From Macrostomum hystrix (lineage: Eukaryota > Animalia > Platyhelminthes): 64,000 nt of DNA. The position numbers and the translations under genes were made by a program. The notes under the pieces are model-generated. The model saw only the letters and a list, made by a program, of their open reading frames with translations, searched no databases and had not been told where the DNA came from. The stretch spans positions 2,170,001 to 2,234,000 of the forward strand of contig CATNEN010000025.1 in the NCBI GenBank assembly GCA_950097015.1, in the 5' to 3' direction. This document shows, in pieces, positions 48,515 through 61,572 of this stretch; within the stretch, counting starts at the first letter, position 1, and each line of letters opens with the position of its first letter.

Positions 48515-49690
48515 AGTAGAATAGACGGAAGTACGAGAATAGAGAGAATAGAGAGAATAGAGAGAATAGAGAGAATAGAGAGAATAGAGAGAATAGAGAG
48601 AATAGAGAGAAGTAGATCAGAGATTAGTAGAACAGTGAGAAGTAGAATAGAGAGAAGTAGATTAGGGTGAAGTAGATCAGAGATTAGTAGAACAGAGAGA
48701 AGTAGAATAGAGAGAAGTAGATTAGGGTGAAGTAGATCAGAGATTAGTAGAACAGAGAGAAGTAGAATAGAGAGAAGTAGATTAGGGAGAAGTAGAATAG
48801 ACTGAAGTAGAATAGACTGAAGTAAAATAGACGGAAGTAGAATATAGAGAAGTAGAATAGACTGAAGTAGAATAGACTGAAGTACTCGTAGAATAGACGG
48901 AAGTAGAATAGACGGAAGTAGAATAGACGGAAGTAGAATATAGAGAAGTAGAATAGAGAGAAGTAGAATAGAGAGAAGTAAATTAGAGAGAAGTAGATCA
49001 GAGATTAGTAGAACAGAGAGAAGTAGAATAGAGAGAAGTAGATTAGGGTGAAGTAGATCAGAGATTAGTAGAACAGAGAGAAGTAGAATAGAGAGAAGTA
49101 GATTAGGGAGAAGTAGAATAGACTGAAGTAGAATAGACTGAAGTAAAATAGACGGAAGTAGAATATAGAGAAGTAGAATAGAGAGAAGTAGAATAGACTG
49201 AAGTAGAATAGACTGAAGTACTCGTAGAATAGACGGAAGTAGAATAGACGGAAGTAGAATAGACGGAAGTAGAATATAGAGAAGTAGAATAGAGAGAAGT
49301 AGAATAGAGAGAAGTAAATTAGAGAGAAGTAAATTAGAGAGAAGTAGATCAGAGATTAGTAGAACAGAGAGAAGTAGAATAGAGAGAAGTAGAATAGAGA
49401 GAAGTAGAATAGAGAGAAGTAGATTAGGGAGAAGTAGATCAGAGATTAGTAGAACAGAGAGAAGTAGAATAGAGAGAAGTAGATTAGGGAGAAGTAGAAT
49501 AGACTGAAGTAAAATAGACTGAAGTAGAATAGACGGAAGTAGAATATAGAGAAGTAGAATAGAGAGAAGTAGAATAGACTGAAGTAGAATAGACTGAAGT
49601 ACTCGTAGAATAGACGGAAGTAGAATAGACTGAAGTAGAATAGACTGAAGTAGAATAGACTGAAGTAGAATAGAGAGAAGTAGAACAGAT
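48515..49690. repeat. Complex 9/15-bp purine-rich array (AGTAGAATAGAGAGA family) with ~336-381-bp higher-order blocks
   Basis: The marker GTACTCGTAG occurs at 48882, 49218 and 49599. Confidence 0.92.
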
Positions 49691-50714
49691 GGAAATATAT
49701 TGTTAGAAGTAGAAGATAGAAAATGAATCATCAGAAGGAAAGTGACCTCTGAGAAAAGCCAGATAGGCAGAGGTGTTGTGAGTGGGACAATGGGCAGAAC
49801 AGGCCATGCAGTTACACAAAGTTGTGCACACCAAGGACAAGTGTTTAGCGCCTTGTCCGTCTCTCCACCCGAGCGTGTCTATCGATGTCTACTCAATCGT
49901 CGATTCTGAAAAAAGAAGAATTTCATTTTTCTACTCTCAACTCTGCTGTTGCAAAAAACCTACTTTCTTTGTCTGCATGGAATTGCAAGCAGACTGTGCG
50001 AGTGGGGTGGAGGCACAGCCTTCAAACACCAGCGCAGTCAGCCGCACAATGTTCCTCGCTTTTTAAACATTGCCTCCGCGGTTTCGTCTGTCTTGTCTTC
50101 TCTATCCAGACTACTCAAACCTCGAGTTGGTTTCAACTCGACTCAGGGTAGCCGGCTGATATTCGCGCAGCCTAACTCAAACCCAACTCAACCACAGTCG
50201 AAAATTTTCTGGCTTTGCTCTGCTCTGTAAATTGCTTTATTCCCATTCACTATTTTTTATATTCCCAGGCACCCAGTAGATTCTCTCTACTCCCCCCTTT
50301 CTCGCTGTTCGCAACCCCAATTGGGTTTGGAGCAGGTGAAACTAACTCTGTGCCATGCCAATATCAAAGAGATCCTACACTAGCTGCCAACCTCTGAACT
50401 ACCCCCACCCGGCCATGTCAGTAAGGACTCTGCAACACTCCAAAATAAAAGGAATGAATTTTAGCTTACCAGTAATGTCAGAATCACACAGTGTTACACG
50501 ACTGAACTGCAACATTGCCTAGCTCGGATGTAATGTCTGCCGAAACACATACCAGTCTTTGTAGTCGATGTGACCGTAATAATAGGCAGTGCTCGAATCA
50601 CAGATAAATAGACCAGTGCCTGTTAGCACGGTCACAGCAACCTACAGGCAGTAATCTACTCAGCTGAGCTAGCTTACAGTTACTGGTGAGTCTGCCGTGA
50701 ACAAGCCTGACACC

Positions 50715-51235
50715 CAGCTAGTCATTCTGACACCCAGCTACCCACCCTGACACCCAGCTACCCACCCTGACACCCAGCTACCCACCCTGACACCCAGCTA
50801 CCCACCCTGACACCCAGCTAGCCATTCTGACACCCAGCAGTCATTCTGACACCCAGTTAATAAATCTGACACCCAGCTATACACACCCTGACACCCAGCT
50901 ACCCACCCTGACACCCAGCTAGCCGTTCTGACACCCAGCTAGTAATTCTGACACCCAGCTACCCACCCCGACACCCAGCTAGCCATTCTGACACCCAGCT
51001 AGCCATTCTGACACCCAGCTAGCCATTCTGACACCCAGCTAGACATTCTGACACCCAGCTAGCCATTCTGACACCCAGCTAGACATTCTGACACCCAGCT
51101 AGCCATTCTGACACCCAGCTAGACATTCTGACACCCAGCTAGCCATTCTGACACCCAGCTAGACATTCTGACACCCAGCTAGACATTCTGACACCCAGCT
51201 AGCCATTCTGACACCCAGTTTTGCAAACTCTGACA
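50715..51235. repeat. 20-bp minisatellite (CTGACACCCAGCTAGCCATT)
   Basis: Visible. Confidence 0.93.
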
Positions 51236-51657
51236 CCAACTTATCGAATCTGAGCTCTACTATACCTAAGCCTCACTGATTAATTGGCAAGCAAGTCAAA
51301 AGCGTAAGTAAATACTTATTTTCGAGATGGACAAAAAGTTGCATTGTGAGTTTGCAATATTAAATAATATCTGTGTATTCCATGATTGACTTTATACCTG
51401 CTCCAAGTTTGGAGAAATCAAATAAATTGAATTTGCAAGCAAACAGGGCAGCACAATGCTTTGAGAACAGTGAGATCAGTGCACTAAATACACAAGCGAC
51501 AAGCGGTTTTCTTAAGACAACAAAACGACAACTAAAACAATATGCTTGAAAAATAATGTTTGAAAAATAGTCACTAAAGGAAAGCACTGTTACTGATAAG
51601 TTACAACAATATTGTTCGAGGGGCAAATACTGGCTTGCTTAGTCTCAGATCCGTTTG

Positions 51658-53100
51658 TCAGGTAGGTGTGGGATATTAGGGACAGGTAGGTGTGGGATAT
51701 TAGGGACAGGTAGGTGTGGGATATTAGGGACAGTTAGGTGTGGGATATTAAGGATAGTTAGGTGTGGGATATTAGGGACAGTTAGGTGTGGGATATTAGG
51801 GACAGGTAGGTGTGGGATATTAGGGACAGGTAGGTGTGGGATATTAGGGACAGTTAGGTGTGGGATATTAGGGACAGGTAGGTGTGGGATATTAGGGACA
51901 GGTAGGTGTGGGATATTAGGGACAGTTAGGTGTGGGATATTAGGGACAGGTAGGTGTGGGATATTAGGGACAGGTAGGTGTGGGATATTAGGGACAGGTA
52001 GGTGTGGGATATTAGGGACAGGTAGGTGTGGGATATTAGGGACAGGTAGGTGTGGGATATTAGGGACAGTTAGGTGTGGGATATTAGGGACAGTTAGGTG
52101 TGGGATATTAGGGACAGTTAGGTGTGGGATATTAGGGACAGTTAGGTGTGGGATATTAGGGACAGTTAGGTGTGGGATATTAGGGACAGTTAGGTGTGGG
52201 ATATTAGGGACAGTTAGGTGTGGGACATTAGGGACAGGTAGGTGTTGGATATTAGGGACAGTTAGGTGTGGGATATTAGGGACAGTTAGGTGTGGGATAT
52301 TAGGGACAGTTAGGTGTGGGATATTAGGGACAGTTAGGTGTGGGATATTAGGGACAGGAAGGTGTGGGATATTAGGGACAGGTAGGTGTGGGATATTAGG
52401 GACAGGTAGGTGTGGGATATTAGGGACAGTTAGTTGTGGGATATTAGGGACAGGTAGGTGTGGGATATTAGGGACAGGTAGGTGTTGGATATTAGGGACA
52501 GTTAGTTGTGGGATATTAGGGACAGGTAGGTGTGGGATATTAGGGACAGGTAGGTGTGGGATATTAGGGACAGGTAGGTGTGGGATATTAGGGACAGGTA
52601 GGTGTGGGATATTAGGGACAGTTAGTTGTGGGATATTAGGGACAGGTAGGTGTGGGATATTAGGGACAGGTAGGTGTGGGATATTAGGGACAGTTAGTTG
52701 TGGGATATTAGGGACAGGTAGGTGTTGGATATTAGGGACAGTTAGTTGTGGGATATTAGGGACAGGTAGGTGTTGGATATTAGGGACAGTTAGTTGTGGG
52801 ATATTAGGGACAGGTAGGTGTGGGATATTAGGGACAGGTAGTTGTGGGATATTAGGGACAGGTAGGTGTGGGATATTAGGGACAGGTAGGTGTGGGATAT
52901 TAGGGACAGGTAGGTGTGGGATATTAGGGACAGGTAGGTGTGGGATATTAGGGACAGTTAGTTGTGGGATATTAGGGACAGGTAGGTGTGGGATATTAGG
53001 GACAGGTAGGTGTGGGATATTAGGGACAGTTAGTTGTGGGATATTAGGGACAGGTAGGTGTTGGATATTAGGGACAGGTAGGTGTGGGATATTAGGGACA
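51658..53100. repeat. 24-bp minisatellite (GGTAGGTGTGGGATATTAGGGACA), ~60 copies
   Basis: Visible. Confidence 0.97.
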
Positions 53101-53804
53101 ATAGTTCGAGTTTCAGGTGAAAGCTTCTATTCGGAATAGTTAAAGAGTTAAGGTGACAATGTAATATACCAGGAAACCCAATGACAGTTAGGTTGACGTC
53201 ATTAGTTCTTACAGAGGCCTGTTTGGTCAAAAGTACTTCTGCAGCAATCTGGATAGATTCTGTGGCTAATGCAATTCTCGTGTTAGTGAGCTTGTGTTTC
53301 TATTTAGCTAGTGGGTTGATAATCTACTACTGAGTATACTTTGAGACTGCTCATGCTGTTTTGATTGTCTCAAGTAAAATTCTAATACCGAAATAAACAT
53401 GTGAGCCAATGACAATGCTGGACTATAGTGAGCAAATTTACAATTACCGTGAAACTCCAAGGATCACTAAAAATAGTTGCTAAGATTTTACTGGGGTGTG
53501 CAACCAGCAAGTTTATCAGCCTAAGTACTAGGCGAGTGTTCACACGTACAACACTGAGCTAATTCATTGAGCTGTCTATTTGCCTGTCTGAATCTATGCG
53601 GTGTCTGTCTTGTAGACATGTCTATTCGAGTAAAACCTTTTAGTTTGTCTGGACGCTTTTCTGTCTGTCTATAGACAGACCCGTCCATCTGTAGATTTGC
53701 ATGCATCTATTTATATATTTGTCTATAGATCTACGAGATCAAATATATAAATATCTATCGGTCAATAGGCACTATTGCCTGTTTTTTGTTTGCCTATTGA
53801 TCTG

Positions 53805-54260
53805 TCCTGTCTATTGATCTGTCCTGTCTATAGATCTGTCCTGTCTATAGATCTGTCCTGTCTATAGATCTGTCCTGTCTATAGATCTGTCCTGTCTATA
53901 GATCTGTCCTGTCTATAGATCTGTCCTGTCTATAGATCTGTCCTGTCTGTAGATCTGTCCTGTCTATAGATCTGTCCTGTCTATAGATCTGTCCTGTCTG
54001 TAGATCTGTCCTGTCTATAGATCTGTCCTGTCTATAGATCTGTCCGATCAATAGATATGTCTTGTCTATAGATCTGTCCTGTCTATGGATCTGTCCTGTC
54101 TATAGATCTGTCCTGTGAATAGATCTGTCCTGTCTGTAGATCTGTTTAAATATATACCTGTCTTGTCTATAGATCTATCCTTTCTATAGATCTGTGTATC
54201 TATAGATCTGTCCGATCAATAGATATGTCCTGTCTATAGATCTTTCCTGTCTGTAGATCT
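53805..54260. repeat. 17-bp minisatellite (ATAGATCTGTCCTGTCT)
   Basis: Visible. Confidence 0.92.
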
Positions 54261-54488
54261 GTATAATCTATAGATTTTATTCAGTGTTGATTCGTCTGTC
54301 CATAGATTTTTCTAACTTTACACTCGAAGATCTTCTGGTAATAGATTTGTCTCTCTGCCCTTAGAAGCAAATTCTCTCTAGAGAATAAGTGCGGCATCGA
54401 TTTAAAAATCCAGTAAAATGGTGAAATTCACAACAATGCTAGACACTCGGTGCGAGAATCTTTGAATCTGTCCTCAAGTCCCGGGACC

Positions 54489-57400
54489 TCACTTGGAGGT
54501 CTTCGCTCTGTTCAGCTCCGATTTGCGGCGAAGCAGCGGCTTGTCGCGGCGCACCCCGCCACTTCCAGCGCCAACTCCACTGGAGGTGGCCTCGGCCAAA
54601 GCTTCGCGCTCCAAGGCCGTGAGGCCGCTGCGGACGTCTTCGCCGTCTGCGTCATCAGTTTCACCAGCTTCAAGAGCCGTCGGACTGGCGGTTGACATTC
54701 CGCATGGGATCTGGGACATTCCCGACTGATTCCATTGCTGCTGCTGCTGCTGCTGAGTGGGAGGCTGTCTCTGGTTGCAGAACACGGGGAACATAGGATT
54801 TCCCATTGCCTGAGCTGCAATCTGCTGCCAGAGCTGCTCCCGTCTGAGCTGGGCGTCCCTCTCGCGCAGCCGCTCCTCCTGGTACCGTATGGTACACTCG
54901 TCGAATAGTTTCTGGTCCATCTCCATGAGCAGTTTGAGCGCATTGTACACCAGAGTGTGAATAGTCTTATTCCAGTGCTGTTTAGTCCTGTACAGAGCTG
55001 GAAATACAACGGGCATAGCCAAAGCCGCATTGTCGGACATCAGCGAAAGGACGTATTCATTGTTCCAATAGTACAACGCCCGCTCGGCCACCTGAAAATG
55101 TGGCGAGCTGACACACCTGGCCAACTGGCGGAGCAGAGGTCCGGCCACTTTGCGAAACTCCGCCGGATCAACAACGTCCAGAATCTCTTCTAGTTCGGTT
55201 AGGAACATCACCTCCTTCGGCGAGTGCACTTTCGGCCAGAAGCGGAGCAGGCCGAGCAGGACCGGCTGAGCCAGGGAATGGTCCTTCTCTAGGAACTGGA
55301 CCACGCAGTAAGCCAGCTGCGGGTGATATGTGCTCAGAGTTTTGGCTTTGTGCAACGGCAGCAGCACGCGCAGCAGGAACACCTTGTGCTCCTCCTTCAA
55401 AGGCAGAGCGAAGCCGTTGATGATGCTGCCAAGGATCTCCAGCAGTTCGGCGATGCCGTTGTGGCGCTCCGTTTCGTAGATGAATCTGCGGATGTCAGAG
55501 TGAGATATTGGGAGTGACAAGTTAGAGAGTGACAGTCCTGGAGTGACAATTTTGAGAGCGGCAGCCTTGGAGTGACAATTTTGAGAGTGGCAATCTTATA
55601 GTGACAAGTTAGAGAGTGACAGTCTTAGAGTGACAAGTTAGAGAGTGACAGTCTTGGAGTGACAAGTTAGAGAGTGACAGTCTTAGAGTGACAAGTTAGA
55701 GAGTGACAGTCTTAGAGGTATAAGTTAGAGATTGACAGTCTTGGAGTGACAAGTTAGAGAGTGACAAGTTAGAGAGTGACAAGTTAGAGAGTGACAGTCT
55801 TAGAGGTATAAGTTAGAGAGTGACAGTCTTGGAGTGACAAGTTAGAGAGTGACAAGTTAGAGAGTGACAAGTTAGAGAGTGACAAGTTAGAGAGTGACAA
55901 GTTAGAGAGTGACAAGTTAGAGAGTGACAAGTTAGAGAGTGACAAATTAGAGAGTGACAAGTTAGAGAGTGACGAGTTAGAGAGTGACAAGTTAGAGAGT
56001 GACAAGTTAGAGAGTGACAAGTTAGAGAGTGACAAGTTAGAGAGTGACAAGTTAGATAGTGACAAGTTAGAGAGTGACAAGTTAGAGAGTGACAAGTTAG
56101 AGAGTGACAAGTTAGAGAGTGACAAGTTAGAGAGAGATAAGTTAGAGAGTGACAAGTTAGAGAGTGACAGTATTAGACTGAATGAAAAGGTGACAGGCTT
56201 TGACTGAAAATCGAAGAGTGACAAGGTTTGAGTTGAGAATGAGTGACAGGCTTAGAGAGATAATTAGAGTGAAGGCTAGGAGTGAACATTAGATGGTAGC
56301 AGGCTATCATGTCTAGCATCTTTGTGCAATTTTTTTCTCTCCCATATTCGTTAGTGACAGAACAGGTCTCACGGTGATAGGCTACAGCAATAGTTTGCAT
56401 AAAAGTAGGCTTTAGTTAAAGCTAGCACAAGACAGTGGGGCCTATGATGTAGAGGGCGACTTGGCAAACCTGTGATTAGAGAGGAACTCAAGCGCGTATT
56501 CGGGGCACTAACTTGGGACCCTTGAAAACTACAGGGCGGACTGAGAGCGTGGAGATGGGAGAACAGGGGCAGAATTATAGAAAGGTGCGCGGCCTCTGCA
56601 AACACGAGCAGTTTCGGATTGGGGAAGGCTAAATGAATTGTGATGAGGACAGATGAGACCGTGCAGAATCCTCAAACTTTGTACTTATTCCGTGCAGGTA
56701 TATGAGGAGCAGAATAAGGGGATCAGTGCTCCTCTGTGCTGCCCTCCCCTGACTGAGGAGAATCGCAAAGTTTTCATTCGAGCTCAGGATAATTCTGCTT
56801 GGGCATAATCGATCCGAATTCGATTGGGGAACGCAACAAAAAACTTCACACAGCACGCAATGGAACTTGTACGAGCTACAAAGACAGGAACATAAAGTTG
56901 TAATACACCCAAAGCTATCATTCTCAATAGTAATGAACTTAGATTAATTGTTTAATGTCTTAGAGTTGGCCAATAATATTTCTCAGAACACCTGCAAATG
57001 CAGAGCCTAAATAACAATACATCTGATAATTAAATGATTTAGGAGGCGGCACTGATAATCGCTTAGTTGCATAGACAGTTTAAGCACCTGATAGTCACAG
57101 CACCAGATAAAAATGGTAGCTTATAACTGAATCGCCTGATAATTACACTAGCTGATAATTAAAACACCTTATAATCACACTAGCTGATAATTAAAACAGC
57201 TGATAATCACACTAGCTGAAAATTAAAACACCTGATAATCACACAAGGTGATAATTAAAACACCTGATAATCACACTAGCTGATAATTAAAACAGCTGAT
57301 AATCACACTAGCTGATAATTAAAACAGCTGATAATCACACTAGCTGATAGTTAAAGCACCTGATAATCACACTAGCTGATAATTAAAACAGCTGATAATC

Positions 57401-58617
57401 ACACTAGCTGATAATTAAAACAGCTGATAATCACACTAGCTGATAATTAAAGCACCTGATAATCACACTAGCTGATAATTAAAACACCTGATAATCACAC
57501 TAGCTGATAATTAAAGCACCTGATAATCACACTAGCTGATAATTAAAACAGCTGATAGTCACACTAGCTGATAATTAAAGCACCTGATAATCACACTAGC
57601 TGATAATTAAAACAGCTGATAATCACACCAGCTGATAATTAAAATAGCTGATAATCACACTAGCTGATAATTAAAGCACCTGATAATCACACTAGCTGAT
57701 AGTTAAAGCACCTGATAATCACACTAGCTGATAATTAAAGCACCTGATAATCACACTAGCTGATAATTAAAACAGCTGATAATCACACCAGCTGATAATT
57801 AAAATAGCTGATAATCACACTAGCTGATAATTAAAGCACCTGATAATCACACTAGCTGATAATCAAGAAACCTGATAATCACACTAGCTGACAATTAAAA
57901 CACCTGATAACTAATACACGTGAGAATCGAAGCATATTACATTTTAGAGTTAGATAATAAAATACTGGCTCATCGCAGCACCCAAAGCAATCCACAAAAG
58001 ACAGTTCTCTCACCTGTAGAAAATGTTGTTGACATTTCGGCGAATGACAGCGCGCAGGCCGAGAAACTTGCCGTAGATTCGGTGCAGGATGGTCTTCAAG
58101 AAGTCGCGCTCTCTCGGATCCTCGCTATCGAAGGTGTCCAACAGTTGCAGGACAAAATGCTGCTCAATGCATCGCTTAGCCAGGCACGGCTGAAAGTCTG
58201 GCGATTCGAGAAAGCGCAAGAAGAACTCGTACACCAGGTGCAGGTGCGGCCAGGCTGCGTCCAGCGCCGGCTCGTCCTCCTCCGGGTCGAATTCCGCTCC
58301 GACAGGATTCGATGGCGGGGGGAGGGTGCGAAAGATGTTGGCGGAGAACATGAACACGGCCTCCGCGTACACCGGCTCGGTGATGGCTCCCCGGCTGGTG
58401 ATGAGAAAATCTAGCAGCTCCTGCAGCGCCTGCCGCTTGACCTCCTTGGCGCGCAGATCGGAGAGCGGCTCCTTGGCGAAGTCGAAGACAACGCAGCACT
58501 GGCGTAGCTTCTGCACCATCAGCGACTCGCGCTGCTCAGGCGTAGGGGCGTCCTTCAATTGCGGCAAGGAGTACAGCTCGCGTCTTTGTTGCTTCATCTG
58601 CTGACTGTCGCTTGTTG

Positions 58618-58707
<90 letters not shown>

Positions 58708-58846
58708 TAGCCGTATTTGCTTTGCCTCCGCTGCCGCCGCCACCGCTGATGCCGCCGCCTCCGCTGCCGCTGGCGGCTGTCGACGCGTTGCTCTTTCTGT
58801 CGCCGCCGGCCATGACCGACTTGAGACCGGAGAGGAAGGACGACAT
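54489..58846 (-). CDS. PPP2R5: Protein phosphatase 2A regulatory subunit B' (B56 family)
   Basis: Exons 58846-58014 and 55485-54489 are joined by a phase-2 GT-AG intron (YR|[10 protein letters not shown]). Unmistakable B56 motifs: [100 protein letters not shown]. An extra 3' exon is possible through the AA|GTGAGG donor overlapping the stop. Confidence 0.96.
55497..56170. repeat. 15-bp minisatellite (GAGAGTGACAAGTTA) at the B56 intron acceptor
   Basis: Visible. Confidence 0.95.
57130..57910. repeat. 32-bp minisatellite made of two related 16-mers (CTGATAATCACACTAG + CTGATAATTAAAGCAC)
   Basis: Visible; in the B56 intron near the donor. Confidence 0.94.
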
Positions 58847-59619
58847 GTCGAATGGTTTCGCAGGTCGGCAAGCTCCAGACAGCCGAGGAACCGATAATAT
58901 TCTGCACTTTTTTCACTAACGCCAAACTTTTCTCTACACCCGGAGGAGATGGCGGCTGGCTCTATTTTAGAGGCGCAGTCTCAGTCTATTGCTATAGGCC
59001 CGCCTCTGTCCTATTCGCCAGCGCTAAAATGTGATTGCAAAGGAGAGGCGAGTGGAGCCGGCGGGGGTGAGGTTTGAGCAGACCGAGACTTCCCAGAGGA
59101 GGGCACGGTGGGAAGAAGATGGGAAGAAATAGAAGAAGGGGAGAGAGGGGAGAGAGGAAACGCGAGTGATGGAGTTAGTCTGAGGCGACAGGGGGGTAAG
59201 ACGATGAGGAATGGAGCTTTTGAGGAGTTTGGTCGAGCTAAAGTCTAGCATTCTGTCTTCTAGGGCCCACTGCGTATTCACCCACCCCGACTTGTCTTCT
59301 AGAGGCAATGCGATGCAAAGAGACAACGAGGGGGGTAGTAATCTACCTTATACTTGCCGTAATTAAGTCAATGCAGAGGTGAGCGACAAAAGCTAGTTTT
59401 TTTCGTGTCCATTTTCCCTGTTTATGCTCAAAATCAGGGTACAGAATCTCAATTTCGTTGCCCTATTCTAAATCCGATAATCTTTACCATTCGTCACCAT
59501 CTGATAACATCATGTGTTGCTTTAATTGAAATTGAAACTATGAGTGCTTCTAATATTTTTAAGACGGTGCTCAATATTAATCTCAAAATTTCGCTCCCAG
59601 GTACAAAACTGTGCAGACA

Positions 59620-59777
<158 letters not shown>

Positions 59778-60539
59778 CTGTCTAACTAACTAAGCTTATT
59801 GGCAATTAAAATTTCTAAATTCCAATTTTTCAAAGTAGATTTAAAGACAGGCAATTATCTGCGGGCCTGACGTCACTTGGGCGCCTATAGCTAATAGGTA
59901 AGTCGAAGTGGCATCAGTGAATTTAAAAATCTGAGCCTCGCCTTTAAGCTCCCATTTTGCCAGCTCCCTGAGGGCAGTGAGAGAGACACCTAGAGCTACC
60001 TTTTAGGCCAGGTATTGCAGGCTTAGCATAACCCAGGCTATCGTGAATGATGCAGCTGACTTGCATGATTTCTTCGGGTTAATAAAAGGAGTCAAGTGTC
60101 TCTCTCTCTTTCGACGCGGATAGACCCGGCACGTATATAATAGTGATTGCTATATTCGGCAATAATTGCATTATATGCTCTTACTATGGGAACAGTCTAA
60201 TAGATCGATAAATATGGCTTCTTTACCCAACTGCTTCCGTTTGACCTGGTCGAGGAAATCGACTCGGGTATCAGCTCCCCCCCCCTAGATTTAGAGTCGC
60301 AGCTTGATGAAATTTATTTTTCCAGTCACTGAATTGCGGCACTCATAGAATAATATTCAATGACTGTTTATTTTTGCTATGCAGAAATCTGCCCTCTGAG
60401 AATGCCAGTCGCTTTGATCCTGAAAGCATTCTTCAACCAGGCTGATAGGGAGCGGTGACGGGTGAGGCGTGACGCCATTAGTTTTGTGTTGTTTAACTAT
60501 GATACATGCGAATATCTATTTGTGGTAATTTTCCTTTGT

Positions 60540-61053
60540 TTATCTACAATGGCACATTCCAGTGTCTATCCACAATGGCACATTCCAGTGTCTATCCACA
60601 ATGGCACATTCCAGTGTCTATCCACAATGGCACATTCCAGTGTCTATCCACAATGGCACATTCCAGTGTCTATCCACAATGGCACATTCCAGTGTCTATC
60701 CACAATGGCACATTCCAGTGTCTATCCACAATGGCACATTCCAGTGTCTATCCACAATGGCACATTCCAGTGTCTATACACAATGGCACATTCCAGTGTC
60801 TATCTACAATGGCACATTCCAGTGTCTATCCACAATGGCACATTCCAGTGTCTATCCACAATGGCACATTCCAGTGTCTATCCACAATGGCACATTCCAG
60901 TGTCTATACACAATGGCACATTCCAGTGTCTATCCACAATGGCACATTCCAGTGTCTATCCACAATGGCACATTCCAGTGTCTATACACAATGGCACATT
61001 CCAGTGTCTATACACAATGGCACATTCCAGTGTCTATCCACAATGGCACATTC
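60540..61053. repeat. 26-bp minisatellite (TCCACAATGGCACATTCCAGTGTCTA)
   Basis: Visible. Confidence 0.96.
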
Positions 61054-61572
61054 CTGTGTTAAATTACGCATTTCCCAATTCTAATAGATAAATAATGGAG
61101 ACAGTCATTGCTGTCGTATATTTTTGTTTGCCTTTGTTTAACAGAAGAAACAAAAGCGGAACTACATATTAAAATTCCAATGGCAGATTTTAAACAAATT
61201 TTTTAGGCATTTCGCGCCACCCCAATTGGCATGTGAAAATGATTTTCACGGGCAAAATTTTCTTCAATAAAATTCCTTCCGTAAAAGCGGAGCAAACTAA
61301 AATTTACTAGGCAAAACAAGCATTTCTTAGAATGCAAAATCCTTGAGAAACTGAATATTTGCTTCTGCAGCAATAAAAATATGCTTTTTTGCTTTAAGTT
61401 AAAATAGCACACATATTATTGCCACATAGTTCAAGTTTGGACATCTCGTATCATAGCTTGCTACTTAGTAAGTAGAGTTGAAATGGCCGAGAAAGTTTTA
61501 AGGGTAAAACACGCTTGGCATCTATCAAGCTGATAACTTCTTTGATGTTTTCCTTGGCTTATTCTCTGATCA

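Noticed and set aside
48442-49731. 429-aa Leu/Ser/Ile-rich ORF
   Set aside because: It lies entirely in a purine-rich minisatellite and has no unique coding segment or splice support.
51655-53139. 494-aa GRCGILGT ORF
   Set aside because: A 24-bp unit without stops in one frame; starts at a non-ATG codon; repeat artefact.
59868-59875. Perfect CRE (TGACGTCA) ~1 kb upstream of B56
   Set aside because: A single 8-mer is expected about once by chance in a window this size, and there is no other support.
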